From contig JAVBMG010000005.1 of the NCBI GenBank assembly GCA_031552815.1, positions 42,406 through 106,405 on the forward strand: DNA of 64,000 nucleotides, written 5' to 3'. A program made the position numbers and the translations under genes. The DNA comes from Opitutales bacterium. Its GTDB lineage: Bacteria; Verrucomicrobiota; Verrucomicrobiia; Opitutales; JAVBMG01. A model generated the notes under the pieces. That model was given only the letters and a program-made list of their open reading frames with translations, ran no database searches and had not been told where the DNA came from. Positions 63,439 through 64,000 of the stretch are shown piece by piece; the first letter of the stretch is position 1, and every line of letters starts with the position of its first letter.

Positions 63439-63476
63439 AATAAAAAAGACGGTAGCATGGTGATGCTACCGTCTTT
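63439..63476 (-). terminator. Motif-pair intrinsic terminator of tsf
   Basis: AAAGACGGTAGCAT-GGTG-ATGCTACCGTCTTT (14-bp arms), followed on the minus strand by a T-run; 17 nt after the tsf stop. Confidence 0.8.
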
Positions 63477-63493
63477 GTGAAAATGCTGATTAC

Positions 63494-64000
63494 TTACGCT
63501 CCTACCTGGAAGCGGGCAAAGCGGCGAATAACAGTGTTTTCCCCCATTTTCGCAATGAATTGCGTAAGGTAATCTTTCACTGATACGTCCTGGTTTTTCA
63601 CGAAAGGTTGTTCAAGGAGGCATACGTCCTTGTAGTATGCGTTGAGTTTTCCTTCCACGATCTTTTCGATCGCCTGAGCCGGCTTTCCTGCTGCCTGGGC
63701 TGCTGCGATTTCGCGTTCTTTTGCAATGATGTCCGCCGGCACTTCCTCGCAGGAAAGATAAATCGGGCTCAAAGCTGCGATGTGCATGCAGATATCGGCG
63801 CAAAGTTGCTTGAATTCTTCATTCTTTGCAACGAAGTCGGTTTCGCAGTTGATTTCGACAAGCACGCCTACTTTTCCGCCGAGGTGGATGTAGGAGTGTA
63901 CGAGTCCCTGTCCGGCGTGGCGGCCTGCCTTTTTGTCAGCTGTGGCCACACCTTTTTTGCGGAGAATCTCAATTGCTGCTTCAAAATCGCCGCTGGCATC
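63494..64000 (-). CDS. tsf: Elongation factor Ts (short form; 5' end lies outside the window)
   Basis: [42 protein letters not shown]; the frame stays open to the window edge. Confidence 0.96.
   Translation of the reverse strand, partial: DASGDFEAAIEILRKKGVATADKKAGRHAGQGLVHSYIHLGGKVGVLVEINCETDFVAKNEEFKQLCADICMHIAALSPIYLSCEEVPADIIAKEREIAAAQAAGKPAQAIEKIVEGKLNAYYKDVCLLEQPFVKNQDVSVKDYLTQFIAKMGENTVIRRFARFQVGA

Larger units (their letters stand above)
186..63476. repeat. Dispersed short repeat RCGGTAGCAT / ATGCTACCGY (candidate DNA uptake sequence)
   Basis: Exact 9-mer CGGTAGCAT or its reverse complement starts at 190, 200, 3516, 4517, 12539, 12755, 14641, 15462, 16004, 16701, 18006, 19633, 23748, 40660, 51319, 51329, 51983, 54885, 55517, 55527, 57087, 60690, 61891, 62439, 63450, 63463 (manual count, a lower bound). 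24 of 26 have a purine 5' of the core. Confidence 0.9.

Noticed and set aside
186-63476. Motif hairpins as REP/REPIN or MITE mobile elements (they contain GTAG)
   Set aside because: The outer arms differ between copies, there are no target duplications or transposase in the window, and half of all copies are single sites inside genes in several frames. Not fully excluded without the whole genome.
186-63476. Motif as a Chi- or KOPS-like polar signal
   Set aside because: Copies occur about equally in both orientations and as inverted pairs, unlike strand-polarised replication or recombination signals.
405-63803. Numerous short antisense or nested ORFs in the six-frame track (e.g., 2543-3166, 20066-20587, 36058-36609, 57711-58280)
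   Set aside because: They overlap well-supported genes on the opposite strand or frame and carry no recognisable domains, so they are treated as shadow ORFs.
1-64000. CRISPR array or long tandem repeats
   Set aside because: No regularly spaced direct repeats with unique spacers and no cas genes were seen. The recurring motif is dispersed and only 9-10 bp.
63494-64000. EF-Ts looking truncated (151 aa in the ORF track)
   Set aside because: The frame continues to the window edge, and the short EF-Ts form without the C-terminal subdomain is normal in several phyla.

Overview
A 64-kb chromosomal window from a Gram-negative bacterium, most likely Verrucomicrobiota (Opitutales-like). The assignment is inferred from a PEP-CTERM protein, a Verru_Chthon-A-like prepilin-type protein, McsB, RNase HII plus HIII, fused SecDF and a short EF-Ts. 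It is mostly housekeeping genes (purF-pyrR-pyrB-pyrC, rsmE, nnr, sufD, tRNA-Gln, rnhC-rnhB, plsC, galM, infC, panB, gpsA, ilvE, mcsB, lpoB operon, recJ-secDF-yajC, rsmA, tsf). Accessory genes are two GH76 paralogs, a GH35, an ECF cassette, and a prepilin-like cassette next to a 4,954-aa autotransporter. No CRISPR array, integrase or transposase was seen. The main unexplained signal is a short non-palindromic motif, RCGGTAGCAT. I counted by hand at least 26 exact copies of its 9-mer core, against about 0.5 expected by chance, plus at least 23 variants at one position. Half the exact copies lie inside genes, in several reading frames and both orientations. The other half are intergenic, mostly paired head-to-head as terminator-like hairpins. 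This matches the genomic signature of the DNA uptake sequences of Neisseriaceae and Pasteurellaceae but with an unrelated sequence, so it is a candidate new uptake-sequence system. That function is inferred and was not tested.
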